From: a virus
Lineage: Duplodnaviria > Caudoviricetes
Virus record (IMG/VR): IMGVR_UViG_3300037140_000274
Location: 1-33,795 of that record
Strand: one strand, 5' to 3'
Length of the DNA: 33,795 bases
Positions 24,990 to 33,794 of the stretch are shown piece by piece. The translations under genes and the position numbers were made by a program. Below the pieces are notes generated by a model. It saw only the letters and a program-made list of their open reading frames with translations, ran no database searches and had not been told where the DNA came from. Position 1 is the first letter of the stretch, and the number at the start of each line of letters is the position of its first letter.

Positions 24990-25997
24990 TTAGATCAGCG
25001 CCGCCGCGTTGAAGGCGACGAGGACGCGAGCGCCCACGTCGTTGACGTTACCCTGGTTTGGACTGAAGGCGAGGTCACGAATGACCCCCACCGCCGTCTG
25101 TGACGTATCTGCCACGAAGTACCCCGTCGTCGAGTCGATGTTCAAGCCGACTGCGGCGTTGAACAGGGTGTTATTGAACGGCTGCACCAGCGACATCTCA
25201 AGGAGGCCGGACTGCAGCTTCGTGATCGGGAGCGCGAAGGGATCGTTCGTCCAGCCGGGGCCGTACGATTGCGTCGCGCCGAACAGGCCGCGCTTGCCGG
25301 TAAACTGCGAGCCGCCTGCGGTCGCGCCTTGCTGGCCGCCGTAGTACGCGTCCGAGTCGACGTCGGCGACGCCGATGATGCCGGTCGACGAGCCAGCCGA
25401 CGCGCGGTTGGCGCCGACCGAGTTGGTCAACGGGTTCAGGATGTTGCCGGTGGCCGTACCGAGCGTGATCACGGTGAACTGGCGTGCCCACGTGTTCGGC
25501 AGGAAGCCGAGGTACACGGTGTACGTGGTGGCACCGGCGGGAGCGCCAGCGGCAGCGACGTTGATTGTGGCCGTGAACCCGGGCTGAAGGTTGATGATGA
25601 ACGGCTGGGAGTTCTGCGACTCCGTAGCAGCCGTGATCGTGTAAGTCACGACGCCGAACAGCGTGCGGGCCGGAGCACCGGCCGAAGCGACTCCGGTGAC
25701 GGTCACGGCGCCCTGGACGAGCGCGGCGGTCGATCCGACGTTGAAGGCCGACGGCTGCGAAGTGGCGAGCGGCCCGAGGAACGGGCCGGGCGTATTCGCA
25801 CCGGTCGCGTTCGTGAAGGAGGCTGCGGTACCGCCGGTCGGCACGACGATCGCACCGGTGGTCACGTTCAACAGGATGTCGCCATCGCGGAACGTGGCGT
25901 TTTCGGCCGGGTACACCTGCGCCGTCTGGGGCGAGGTGATCCCGCCTACGGCCTTCCACTTCGGCGCAAACGCCGGATAAACGAGTTGGACTGGCAA
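24990..25997 (-). CDS. Putative capsid decoration/cement protein
   Basis: TTG start with GGGGAG SD; Thr/Ala/Gly-rich beta protein directly upstream of the MCP; F..GD.L and IIGVA motifs. Confidence 0.6.
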   Translation of the reverse strand: MPVQLVYPAFAPKWKAVGGITSPQTAQVYPAENATFRDGDILLNVTTGAIVVPTGGTAASFTNATGANTPGPFLGPLATSQPSAFNVGSTAALVQGAVTVTGVASAGAPARTLFGVVTYTITAATESQNSQPFIINLQPGFTATINVAAAGAPAGATTYTVYLGFLPNTWARQFTVITLGTATGNILNPLTNSVGANRASAGSSTGIIGVADVDSDAYYGGQQGATAGGSQFTGKRGLFGATQSYGPGWTNDPFALPITKLQSGLLEMSLVQPFNNTLFNAAVGLNIDSTTGYFVADTSQTAVGVIRDLAFSPNQGNVNDVGARVLVAFNAAALI

Positions 25998-26011
25998 GTG
26001 TGATCTCCCCT

Positions 26012-26048
26012 AAAACGAAAAACTCCCCGACGCTATAAGCGCGGGAAG
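26012..26048 (-). terminator. Intrinsic terminator/attenuator upstream of the capsid genes
   Basis: The minus strand reads CTTCCCGCGCT-TAT-AGCG(T)CGGGGAG followed by TTTTTCGTTTT. Confidence 0.75.
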
Positions 26049-26085
26049 CCTCGGTTTTTCCGTCAGCCTCGGTTTGGTCGAACCG
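26047..26085 (-). promoter_or_regulatory. Structured RNA leader: tandem CGG-loop-CCG-AGGCT hairpins abutting the terminator
   Basis: CGGTT-cgacca-AACCG-AGGCT-GA-CGG-aaaaa-CCG-AGGCT; 11-nt direct repeat AAACCGAGGCT at 26065-26075 and 26047-26057. Confidence 0.55.
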
Positions 26086-26307
26086 CTACGAGCGGGCGAC
26101 CTTGCGAGTGGCCTTTACCTCGGACGCTACGATTGCACCTTCTACCAGCGTGAACGTCACCGAGCCGAACGCGGGCCGGTTCTCCCAGGCCAGCAGCGCG
26201 GCGATCTCGTCGAAGCCGTTAGGATCGTTCTCCCACATCTCGACCAGCAGCCGAAGCGCGCGTTCCGGGAGGCTCCGCGGACGAACGACGCGCTCGGCTA
26301 AGGCCAC
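26086..26307 (-). CDS. DUF2292/YezD/OscA-like small protein
   Basis: C-terminal FGSVTFTLVEGAIVASEVKATRK resembles the family pattern FGSV.I.I.DG.V..IE..EK.R. Confidence 0.55.
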   Translation of the reverse strand: MALAERVVRPRSLPERALRLLVEMWENDPNGFDEIAALLAWENRPAFGSVTFTLVEGAIVASEVKATRKVARS

Positions 26308-26311
26308 TTGC

Positions 26312-26893
26312 CTAGACGACTTGCTCTCTGGCGGTGTCTTTGGACGTTAGTTCGCCTGTCACACGCCCTTGCAAAGCCGTATGCGTGACTTGCTCCATAT
26401 CCTCTGCGAACCGATCTTCGCTGCCGGCAAGCTCGGCGAGGTACGCCTTCTCCCAGTGCTCGCCCGACACGTCGCCCTGGTCTTCGTTGTTCATCTGCGC
26501 CGGATTGATGATCTCGAACAAGCCGAGACCGCCGGGCGTCCGAACGACTTTCTTCGGGCCGTCTTGCGTAAGGATTCGCCGCAGTTCGATATTTGCGAAT
26601 CGGCTGGTCCGATCGACTTCATCGCCCGTCACCGGACGCATAATGTGCCGCTCGACCATCGACGACGTGTACTGATCGTCCGGCTTGCGCCAGCAGTATT
26701 GAGACGTCGGGTTCGGGTTTTTCAACATCAGGTGCGGCTGCGAGAAAATCGCCGTGCGATCGATCCCGGGAACCTTGAAGCCCGCGTACGGGCCGACGTT
26801 GATCCCCATGACCATCTTGCGGCGGTTGGAGCCCGGCATCCGGGCGCTGGCGATCGCGGCGGCTTCGGCCGACGCGGCACTCATATCGGTCAT
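26312..26893 (-). CDS. Hypothetical head-module protein
   Basis: 193 aa between scaffold and capsid genes; YCWRK...RPVT motif. Confidence 0.65.
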   Translation of the reverse strand: MTDMSAASAEAAAIASARMPGSNRRKMVMGINVGPYAGFKVPGIDRTAIFSQPHLMLKNPNPTSQYCWRKPDDQYTSSMVERHIMRPVTGDEVDRTSRFANIELRRILTQDGPKKVVRTPGGLGLFEIINPAQMNNEDQGDVSGEHWEKAYLAELAGSEDRFAEDMEQVTHTALQGRVTGELTSKDTAREQVV

Positions 26894-26896
26894 GTG

Positions 26897-27712
26897 TTAG
26901 CTCGCTTCTGCTTGCATGCGTTTTATAGTGGCCTCGATGCTCTTTTTCTGCTTGGCCGGATCGCCCGGGTAGAGTTCGGTGGTCCAGTCAATGAGCCGCT
27001 GAGACTCGGCTGCGTTCATCCCCGGGAACGAAACGACGTTTCCGCCGCCTCCGCCCCCGCCGCCTCCGCCCATCGACCGCGGCGCGGCGATGCGGGATGC
27101 CGATCCGAGCAAGACCTTGCCGGCAGCGCGTTCGTACTTCGCGTCGAGGTACTCTTTCGTCTCGGCGGGCGTCGCCGTGGCCAGCGATTGGCGCTCCGTC
27201 TCGGAGATCATGAAGTTCTTCGCGACGAGTTTATGGACTTTTTCGGGCGTGTCGGCGGCCTTCGTGTCCAGGAACATCTGGACTGCGTACTGCCCAGCCT
27301 TGTCGGCCAGCGGGTTGCCGTATTTCGAGAGCGCCGCGTCGACTTTACGTTGCGCGACGTCCTCTACCGACCCGATGAAGAACTTCGCGATATCGGCGTC
27401 GTCGCCGGTCAGGACGAGGTCTTTCAGTTTCTTTCCGTACGCGGCGATTTTGTTCGCCTGCTCGGCCGGATCTTCGCCCGGCTTGGCCTGAGTGGCCAAG
27501 AACGACTTGCCGATATTGATCAGTTCGGCCATCTGGGCGCTGCTGTTGCCGCCCATCGCCCGCAGTCGCTCGACTTCCGCTTCGAGTCCGGCGAGTTTGG
27601 CCTCGGCCGCCGTAGGCTGCGCGCCAGGCTCGCCGCCTTCTCCACCCTCGCCGCCGCCGGCGGGGGTTTCGCCATCCTCGAGTTCTACTTCGAGTTCGTC
27701 TTCATCCGGCAT
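26897..27712 (-). CDS. Putative scaffolding protein
   Basis: Acidic N-terminus, coiled coil, Gly linker and short C-terminal helical domain; between portal and capsid. Confidence 0.65.
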   Translation of the reverse strand: MPDEDELEVELEDGETPAGGGEGGEGGEPGAQPTAAEAKLAGLEAEVERLRAMGGNSSAQMAELINIGKSFLATQAKPGEDPAEQANKIAAYGKKLKDLVLTGDDADIAKFFIGSVEDVAQRKVDAALSKYGNPLADKAGQYAVQMFLDTKAADTPEKVHKLVAKNFMISETERQSLATATPAETKEYLDAKYERAAGKVLLGSASRIAAPRSMGGGGGGGGGGNVVSFPGMNAAESQRLIDWTTELYPGDPAKQKKSIEATIKRMQAEAS

Positions 27713-28043
27713 CGGGTTCTCCTTCGAGTTTTTGCTGCAATTTCTTGGCTTCTTCGATCGCGTGACGCGAACCGGCCATCATCGCCTCGGTTTCGCTCAC
27801 GTCCGGCGACGACAAGAGGGCCCAGCCGCACGAACAGCCGGAAATGAACCGGTCTTCAATCGGCAACGTCGCGACCCGGTGCATGTGCCGCGCCGAAAGT
27901 TCCATGTATCGCTCGACTGCTGGCACCTGATCGGACCTCCGCTCCGGTTCGCCCTCCGGTTCGCTTCGCCGGCCGTTCGCCACGCGATGAACGGCGTGCC
28001 CACCGGCCGTCAAAACCCCGTTCCTGTTGCCCAATCCGCTCAT
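27702..28043 (-). CDS. Hypothetical protein with H..H/CxC motif
   Basis: ATGA-coupled to the portal stop; RHMHR...GCSCGW. Confidence 0.55.
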   Translation of the reverse strand: MSGLGNRNGVLTAGGHAVHRVANGRRSEPEGEPERRSDQVPAVERYMELSARHMHRVATLPIEDRFISGCSCGWALLSSPDVSETEAMMAGSRHAIEEAKKLQQKLEGEPDAG

Positions 28044-30058
28044 GCTGATGCTCCCGCTGGTACGGGCGGCGGCGGTGCGCCGTTCTGCGACGGCTGGCCA
28101 CCCGGCGCGGCCGCTCCCGGCTGCGCTCCGCCCGCTTGAGCCGCGGCTTGCGCGGCCATCTGCTGCTGACGTCCTTTGGCTTCTTCAACGGTGCCGATAA
28201 ACCGCTCGATTCCCATCAACTGGAATGTCTGGAACAGTTCTTCAGCGAGGAAATATGCCTTCAGCGGGTCGCTGACAATCCACGGGAACACCTTCGCGAT
28301 GATGCCGAGGCACCCGAGGAATTCCTGACGTCGCGACGGCGCGTCGATCGGGTCGGACAGGCCCGCGATGTCGATATTGAAGTTCCGGGCGAGCGCGGCC
28401 GGCGGCAGCGTGAATTCGCCGCCCTGTTTGTCGCCGTATGCTTTCGCGAGATCGTCCGGCATGACGGTCGATACGTTTTTCGAAACGCCGAGATACTGCC
28501 GATTGAGTTTGTGCCAGAACTGCACGACGTCGCGTAAGAACTGGCGCAGAAACATCGCGACGAGGTTGGCGCGCACGCTCTGGGCCAGCTGCTGCTGCCG
28601 CGACTCGGTCGCGCTGCGCCGACCGCCGGACTGCGCGCCTAGCGCTGGCGCGTTCTGGCCGCTGATCTTCGAGGTGTAGACATCGAGCCGCGACTCGTCG
28701 GAGAACGAGTCGGGCGAAAGCGGCGGCGGAGCAAACCACTTAAGCGATTTTTCGACGTCCTCAACGCGCCATCGCACGCCGGGTCCCCACTCCTGATCTT
28801 TGTCGCGCACCATGTCGCCATCGCGCTCGAGCAAGATCGGCAAGATGCAAAGATCAATGTAGTTGCGCCGCTGGTTGCGGCCGCTGTTCGCTTCAGCGAC
28901 GATGTCAGCAAGGCGTTCAGGCAACGCGAATCCGTAGTCATTTTCCGGGCGCGGGAATGGGTTGAAAACGAAGTCGGGCCACTCGGTCGCGGCATACTCG
29001 TACGGTTCGAAGCCTATTGCGAGCGGCTGATGCGGCGAGAACCACATGATGTTTTTCTCGGGCACGCCGTCGTCGTCCATGTCGAACTGTTCGGTGAAGA
29101 ATCGAACGACTTGCGCTGGACCGCGGTTCTTGAAAAACTTCGAAGTCAGCGATCCCTGAGCCATGCCGACTTGGATTTGGCCGCCGGCGGTTTTATCGTA
29201 CGTGCCCTGCTGATCGCGCGAGACATCGCTCGTTCCTTGCGTCACCCAAGACAGCAACTGCTCGACGGCCTCGGGCCGGAACGTGCCTTCCTTGACCTTC
29301 GCCTTCAACTCTTTTTCGTTCATCCAGATGACGGCGCCGATACCGAGCGCGGTCTGGATCGATGTCGACTCAGCGGGGACGAGATACCACTCTTTGAGCT
29401 CGCGCGGGGTGAACGTCGCCTCGCGGATCACTTCCTCGATCCGCGTCATTACGCGCTCGGTTTTGATCCCGCCGTCATCATCGAATTGGACTTTGTCGTC
29501 CTCGCCGATGACCGGCTCCTCGCTCGCGATCATCTTCGGCTCGATGCGCTCGGTAAACGACAGGCTCATCGGCGCCGTGCCGTCACGCAGGCCGAACTGC
29601 AGAACGCGGAGGAACTGCGCGAGCGGCGTCTTGCCGTCGAATCGCTTGCGCCGGAGTTCGGCGTTGTAGAACTTCTCGATCATCGGCGCCATGCGCGCCG
29701 TCTCCGGATCGTCGTCCGCTGGGCTGACGATCACCAGCCGCTGCACGAATACTTGCGCCGCGACGTATGCCATCAGCGATTCGAGTTCGGCCGGGATGAT
29801 CGGGATGACGAGGTTTGCCGACCCGACCCACGGATCGTCTTGCTCCTCGACCTCAAGGTTGTAGAGCGCGCTATACGCAGCGAGGTTCTCGTTCATCGCC
29901 TCGCGCGCAGACGTCGCGGCGATCCACGTTGAGTTCAGGTCGACGCCTAAAGCGGACCACTCGTCTTCGTCGAGCGCGCGCGGCTTGGTGCCAACACGGA
30001 GATTCGCCTGCTTTGGCTGCGACGTCGTTGTCGGCTGCAGCGACTGGTCGTCAGCCAC
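28040..30058 (-). CDS. Portal protein (P22 gp1-like)
   Basis: 672 aa downstream of TerL; DPW.GSANL.IP, YGFALPERL.D...AN..RNQ and SATES motifs; Q/P-rich tail. Confidence 0.85.
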   Translation of the reverse strand: MADDQSLQPTTTSQPKQANLRVGTKPRALDEDEWSALGVDLNSTWIAATSAREAMNENLAAYSALYNLEVEEQDDPWVGSANLVIPIIPAELESLMAYVAAQVFVQRLVIVSPADDDPETARMAPMIEKFYNAELRRKRFDGKTPLAQFLRVLQFGLRDGTAPMSLSFTERIEPKMIASEEPVIGEDDKVQFDDDGGIKTERVMTRIEEVIREATFTPRELKEWYLVPAESTSIQTALGIGAVIWMNEKELKAKVKEGTFRPEAVEQLLSWVTQGTSDVSRDQQGTYDKTAGGQIQVGMAQGSLTSKFFKNRGPAQVVRFFTEQFDMDDDGVPEKNIMWFSPHQPLAIGFEPYEYAATEWPDFVFNPFPRPENDYGFALPERLADIVAEANSGRNQRRNYIDLCILPILLERDGDMVRDKDQEWGPGVRWRVEDVEKSLKWFAPPPLSPDSFSDESRLDVYTSKISGQNAPALGAQSGGRRSATESRQQQLAQSVRANLVAMFLRQFLRDVVQFWHKLNRQYLGVSKNVSTVMPDDLAKAYGDKQGGEFTLPPAALARNFNIDIAGLSDPIDAPSRRQEFLGCLGIIAKVFPWIVSDPLKAYFLAEELFQTFQLMGIERFIGTVEEAKGRQQQMAAQAAAQAGGAQPGAAAPGGQPSQNGAPPPPVPAGASA

Positions 30059-30064
30059 GCGTGA

Positions 30065-30310
30065 TTACTTCCGAACTTTTTTTACGGGGGTTTTCTTCAT
30101 CGAGCCGCGCTCGCCGGTTTTCTTGTCGAGCATCTTCTTTGACTCGACCTTTGACCCGGGCATCGCTGCCTTGGTCGCGCCCTTGGGGGGACCGCCGGGT
30201 TCGAAGCCGGGCGGATTCTTGCCCATGTTACCGAGGCCCGTCTTTTTGCTGGCCCGATTCGTCTTCGGCATCGTTTTCATGGGGCTGGCTTTCTTCGCCA
30301 TCTTCTTCAT
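30065..30310 (-). CDS. Small Lys/Met-rich basic protein
   Basis: GAGG SD before ATG 30310; MKKMAKKASPMKTMPK...KKTPVKKVRK. Confidence 0.65.
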   Translation of the reverse strand: MKKMAKKASPMKTMPKTNRASKKTGLGNMGKNPPGFEPGGPPKGATKAAMPGSKVESKKMLDKKTGERGSMKKTPVKKVRK

Positions 30311-30320
30311 TGCGATCGCC

Positions 30321-30554
30321 TCACTGGTGCATCGTCGAGCGAACTTTGCCGGTCGGCATCGGCACGTTCCGCGGGGTGTTTCCGCCGTTCCGCATGATGC
30401 CGCGGGTGTCGCCGGCCATCTTCGCGCTGCCCTGCGGGCGCTCACCGCCGCCATTCATCATCGTCGAAGAAAGGCCGCCCTTGTCTTTGGCAGCCATCGC
30501 GGCGTTGTGGTGGTTCTTCGTCTCGCGCTCCGAGAACTTAGCGGCTTTCTTCAC
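30321..30554 (-). CDS. Small basic Met/Gly-rich protein
   Basis: GGGAG SD with GTG start; MKKAAKFSERE... Confidence 0.55.
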   Translation of the reverse strand: MKKAAKFSERETKNHHNAAMAAKDKGGLSSTMMNGGGERPQGSAKMAGDTRGIMRNGGNTPRNVPMPTGKVRSTMHQ

Positions 30555-30587
30555 GGTACGTCTCCCGAGGGGCTTGCTTCGAACGCG

Positions 30588-32393
30588 CTACCTCTTCAAC
30601 CGCTGCGAGGATACGCCTGCCCGCCCGATCACGATTCGCTCGTCATCGTCGCGTCCGGGTATCGCCACGTGCACGACCCGGATCGTCCCGTCTGCCATTC
30701 GCAGCGAATGCTTGAACGTGGATCCGAACAGCTGGCCAGCTTCCTCGGGGTCATCTTCGTTCAGTAATTCTCGGGTCGCGTCGTCGAGCGTCCGGTACCG
30801 GCACGCCTTCGCGAGCCCGTACTGCATCCCGAGCCCGTCGAAGACGTCGTCGTTCTCCACGTCCGGCCAGCCCTTGTACTGATCGTAAAGCGCCTCGCAC
30901 GTGTTCCGGTGAATCGAGATCCCGCCGTTCCGGAACCGGGGCTCGAGCGCTTCGATGCGGGCTGTCTTCTTGCGCCGGCCGGTGGCCTGGACTTCGTCGC
31001 GCAGCGGGTGGTAGGACTCGAGCGTCCAGTTCAGGCCCTCGTCCGAGATGCCGCGCTGGATGCGCGCCACCATGTCGATGTCGGCGTTTGCTGACTCGAT
31101 CCGACACCGGCCGCTTGCGAACTTCCGCATGTGTTCGAGGGCGATCTCGCCGATTTTCGATGGCACCTCGAGGTAGCGCCGCGCGAACATCAGCCACCAG
31201 TGATCGTCGGCGTCGACGCAATTCATCGTCATGCCGGTCCAGTCGGAGGTCCGGTTCGCCGTTACGGTCGGGTCGATTGTCATGTAGTTCGCGACCGGAA
31301 ACTCCGCGATCGGGAAGCGGCCGCCGCCAGCCATGTCGCCGAAGACATGCAGCATCGGGATCGGCTGCGGCCGGTACTCGGCGCTGAAATACTGCAGGTA
31401 CTCAAGCCGGAACCGGATCATGCCCTCGACGTCTGGCCGGTTCTCGTACCACGCGGCGTACATCTTGGCTTCGATCGAGCGCTTTTGCTGGGCGAGGAAC
31501 TTCTCAGAAAGCTTTCCGGGGAAGAACAGGTTCCCGCCGCGGTCGCGCACGCTGCGAATGTATTCATGCCACTGCGGCTTTACTTTAGCCGCTCCCTCGA
31601 TGTCGCCAATTCTTAGGAGTTCAGCATGGGCCTGCGCATCTTTTTCGTTTTGATCGAGCAGCCATCCGTACACGTCGTTATGCGCGAATCTCGTTCCGCT
31701 AACGAACATCGCTCCCCACGGCGGCAAGATAGGATAGTACGCTTGGATTTTCGTTCGGGCATTGCGTTTCGCTTTGATCGACAGGTAGTTCTTTTCGTTG
31801 ACGAGATCGTCGAAGAACACGATGTCAGGGTGCTTGCCGGCGCCGCCGTAATCCGCGCCCGACACGCTGATTGTCGCGTCGCGCGTGCGCGATAGGTTGA
31901 TCGACTTCTGCGCCCAAATTCGAGCAACGAGCGAGAGGTTTCCCCAAAGTTCGATGATCGTCGGGTTCGATTCGAGATTCACCTTGACTTCGTAGAGAAC
32001 GTCCTCGGCGAGCGCCGATGTCGCCCGAACGAAGTCCATCGAAATATCAACACCCTGCTCGCGAAAATACAAGATGAGGTAAATCATAAACGCTACTTCG
32101 AGCGTCGTCTTGTATGTGTATCGCGGCGCGAGGTAGACTTCTTTCCACTGCTCGTCGCCCTTGCCAATCTTCGGCTTGGCGAGTTCCATTTCGTCCGCCA
32201 TCTCGAGATGCGGTTGGTCCTCGAACAGCGGGATGACATCGCTGAACTTCGCGAAGTGGCGAAAGCGTGAGAGCAGGAACGCGCGCTTCGTTTTTTGCTT
32301 CGGCGTCAGTCTTGCGGTGACGACGTCGGGATGATCGTCGGGAAGGTCAGGCTTGGGGCGCGGCTTACTTTTTCTTTGCGGCAAACTCGACAT
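30588..32393 (-). CDS. terL: Terminase large subunit
   Basis: Walker A-like LAPRYTYKTT, Walker B IVFFDDL, coupling motif VSGTRF, RNase H-like nuclease TIDP...SDWTG and C-terminal NDDVFDGL. Start at 32393 or 32417. Confidence 0.9.
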   Translation of the reverse strand: MSSLPQRKSKPRPKPDLPDDHPDVVTARLTPKQKTKRAFLLSRFRHFAKFSDVIPLFEDQPHLEMADEMELAKPKIGKGDEQWKEVYLAPRYTYKTTLEVAFMIYLILYFREQGVDISMDFVRATSALAEDVLYEVKVNLESNPTIIELWGNLSLVARIWAQKSINLSRTRDATISVSGADYGGAGKHPDIVFFDDLVNEKNYLSIKAKRNARTKIQAYYPILPPWGAMFVSGTRFAHNDVYGWLLDQNEKDAQAHAELLRIGDIEGAAKVKPQWHEYIRSVRDRGGNLFFPGKLSEKFLAQQKRSIEAKMYAAWYENRPDVEGMIRFRLEYLQYFSAEYRPQPIPMLHVFGDMAGGGRFPIAEFPVANYMTIDPTVTANRTSDWTGMTMNCVDADDHWWLMFARRYLEVPSKIGEIALEHMRKFASGRCRIESANADIDMVARIQRGISDEGLNWTLESYHPLRDEVQATGRRKKTARIEALEPRFRNGGISIHRNTCEALYDQYKGWPDVENDDVFDGLGMQYGLAKACRYRTLDDATRELLNEDDPEEAGQLFGSTFKHSLRMADGTIRVVHVAIPGRDDDERIVIGRAGVSSQRLKR

Positions 32394-32625
32394 AATACGA
32401 TCGCATCGCCGCCTCAAAGACTTCCTTGGTGCAGACGATCACCGACGACTTACCGGCGAGTTCTCCCGCCTGCCATGTCATCGTGACCATATTTTCGGCA
32501 GGCACGTCGATCTCGATGCAGAGCGCGCCGTCCGGCGAATAGGCGTAGTGATAGCCCGGGATTTTCTTCCCGAGCGCGACGTTGCCCATCATCGTCGGCG
32601 GCCGGCGCTCTTGCGTGTCGGTCAT
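32365..32625 (-). CDS. Hypothetical protein
   Basis: 86 aa, coupled to the upstream stop. Confidence 0.55.
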   Translation of the reverse strand: MTDTQERRPPTMMGNVALGKKIPGYHYAYSPDGALCIEIDVPAENMVTMTWQAGELAGKSSVIVCTKEVFEAAMRSYYVEFAAKKK

Positions 32626-32891
32626 CAGCTACGGCCGATGTTGCGTTTGCGGCGCTTCTTCATAGCGGTGTTCGTCTTCATCACCTCGCCGCGCTGCTCA
32701 TCGGTCGGCGGCTTCGTCTTCGCCCGATTCGACTGGCCCGACTCGGACATGCCGATCGCCTTCGCTTGCGCCGGGTTCGTGACTTTCTTGCCCGACGACG
32801 ACTTCAGATCACCCGATGCGAACTTGCGCATCTCACCGGCCATCCGCGCCTTCTTGGCTTTTTTCGGCGCGGACTTCTTCAGCGTCGGCAC
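32625..32891 (-). CDS. DUF6496-like small basic protein
   Basis: MRKFASGDLKSSSGKKVTNPAQAKAIGMSE matches the M.EF..G.L.S.SG.KV....QA.AI..SE pattern. Confidence 0.75.
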   Translation of the reverse strand: MPTLKKSAPKKAKKARMAGEMRKFASGDLKSSSGKKVTNPAQAKAIGMSESGQSNRAKTKPPTDEQRGEVMKTNTAMKKRRKRNIGRS

Positions 32892-32892
32892 G

Positions 32893-33117
32893 TTACGTGG
32901 GCGGCCAGAGGTCGACCGTGATCACGACGTCGCCGCTTTGAAACGTGCCGGCCTGGCCGAGCAGCGCCGCTTCGGCACCTTGAAGCGCCTGCGAGAACGT
33001 GAGATGGGTCGGCGTCCCGGCGAGGCTCGCGGACACGCGATACTTCCCGACGCGGAACTGAAGCGAGTGGCTGAAAACGGCTGCGCCGAGCGCGAGGGCA
33101 ATGGCTTCCCAATTCAT
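32893..33117 (-). CDS. Hypothetical protein with hydrophobic N-terminus
   Basis: 74 aa in a tightly packed operon. Confidence 0.55.
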   Translation of the reverse strand: MNWEAIALALGAAVFSHSLQFRVGKYRVSASLAGTPTHLTFSQALQGAEAALLGQAGTFQSGDVVITVDLWPPT

Positions 33118-33118
33118 G

Positions 33119-33439
33119 CTAGGGACCTTTCTTCACAGCATCAGCTGTGGTGACGAACGTGGTCGCCGAGGTTGCGGGATTCGCGACCGGCGTATTCTGG
33201 TTTGGCACGATGGCCGGCGTGTAGCCCGCGGGGGTTGACGGGTTCTTGAAGGCGTTCGAGATCAGGGTCAGCAGCGTAACGAGCGTCGCGAACCGATGCG
33301 ACCACGTCGCGGCGTCGCCTGGCGAGAGTCCCCAGGCGGTCAGGACGTCCGGCCCCTCAAGGAACGTCAGCGCCGCGATCGCGTAAGCGACGATCTTGAT
33401 CCAGTCGAAAGCGGTCAGCCGCGAGAGGATGGAGCTCAT
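33119..33439 (-). CDS. Holin-like membrane protein (two predicted TM helices)
   Basis: WIKIVAYAIAALTFL and FATLVTLLTLISNAF hydrophobic segments. Confidence 0.55.
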   Translation of the reverse strand: MSSILSRLTAFDWIKIVAYAIAALTFLEGPDVLTAWGLSPGDAATWSHRFATLVTLLTLISNAFKNPSTPAGYTPAIVPNQNTPVANPATSATTFVTTADAVKKGP

Positions 33440-33495
33440 GTGCGCCGACGTTCGGCAGCACGCTCGGTCGCCCTGTTCGGTTCGCCGACCTTCAT
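33436..33495 (-). CDS. 19-aa coupled mini-ORF MKVGEPNRATERAAERRRT
   Basis: ATGA overlap with the upstream gene stop and TGA/ATG overlap with the downstream gene. Confidence 0.4.
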   Translation of the reverse strand: MKVGEPNRATERAAERRRT

Positions 33496-33794
33496 TTCAG
33501 AAAATGCCCAATAACCGCACCGAGCATCGTCGCTACCGCAGCCGTCGCGCCAAGGCCCGTGTAGATCTCGCCTCGCGTCGGGCAGCGCGACACGTTGGTC
33601 GTGTTGATAGCCACGGCTGCCATAACGCCATCGAGTTTAGCCTCGGACTCCTTGCGCGTGATAAATGTCGCGGCTTGGTCGTTCAGCTGCTCCCGAAACT
33701 CGTTGGTACCGTCGAACCGCTTGTTGTTCGCTAAGTCGGCCTTCTCGTTTGCCTTCTCGGCCGCGGCGAGCGCTGCCGCAATCGCAAACGAGAA
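33492..33794 (-). CDS. Coiled-coil membrane-anchored phage protein (5'-truncated), lysis-module type
   Basis: Open frame ...AAALAAAEKANEKADLANNKRFDGTNEFREQLNDQAATF...GLGATAAVATMLGAVIGHFLK*; missing from the ORF track because its start lies outside the window. Confidence 0.7.
   Translation of the reverse strand, partial: FSFAIAAALAAAEKANEKADLANNKRFDGTNEFREQLNDQAATFITRKESEAKLDGVMAAVAINTTNVSRCPTRGEIYTGLGATAAVATMLGAVIGHFLK

Noticed and set aside
26369-27847. 492-aa + strand ORF (similarly 19496-20755 +, 29030-29932 +, 29815-30882 + and 2715-3782 -)
   Set aside because: Antisense to well-supported coupled genes; Arg-rich shadow composition.
33492-33620. Suspected frameshift in the terminal ORF
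   Set aside because: Re-reading the minus strand shows a continuous frame through to the TM segment and the TGA at 33492.
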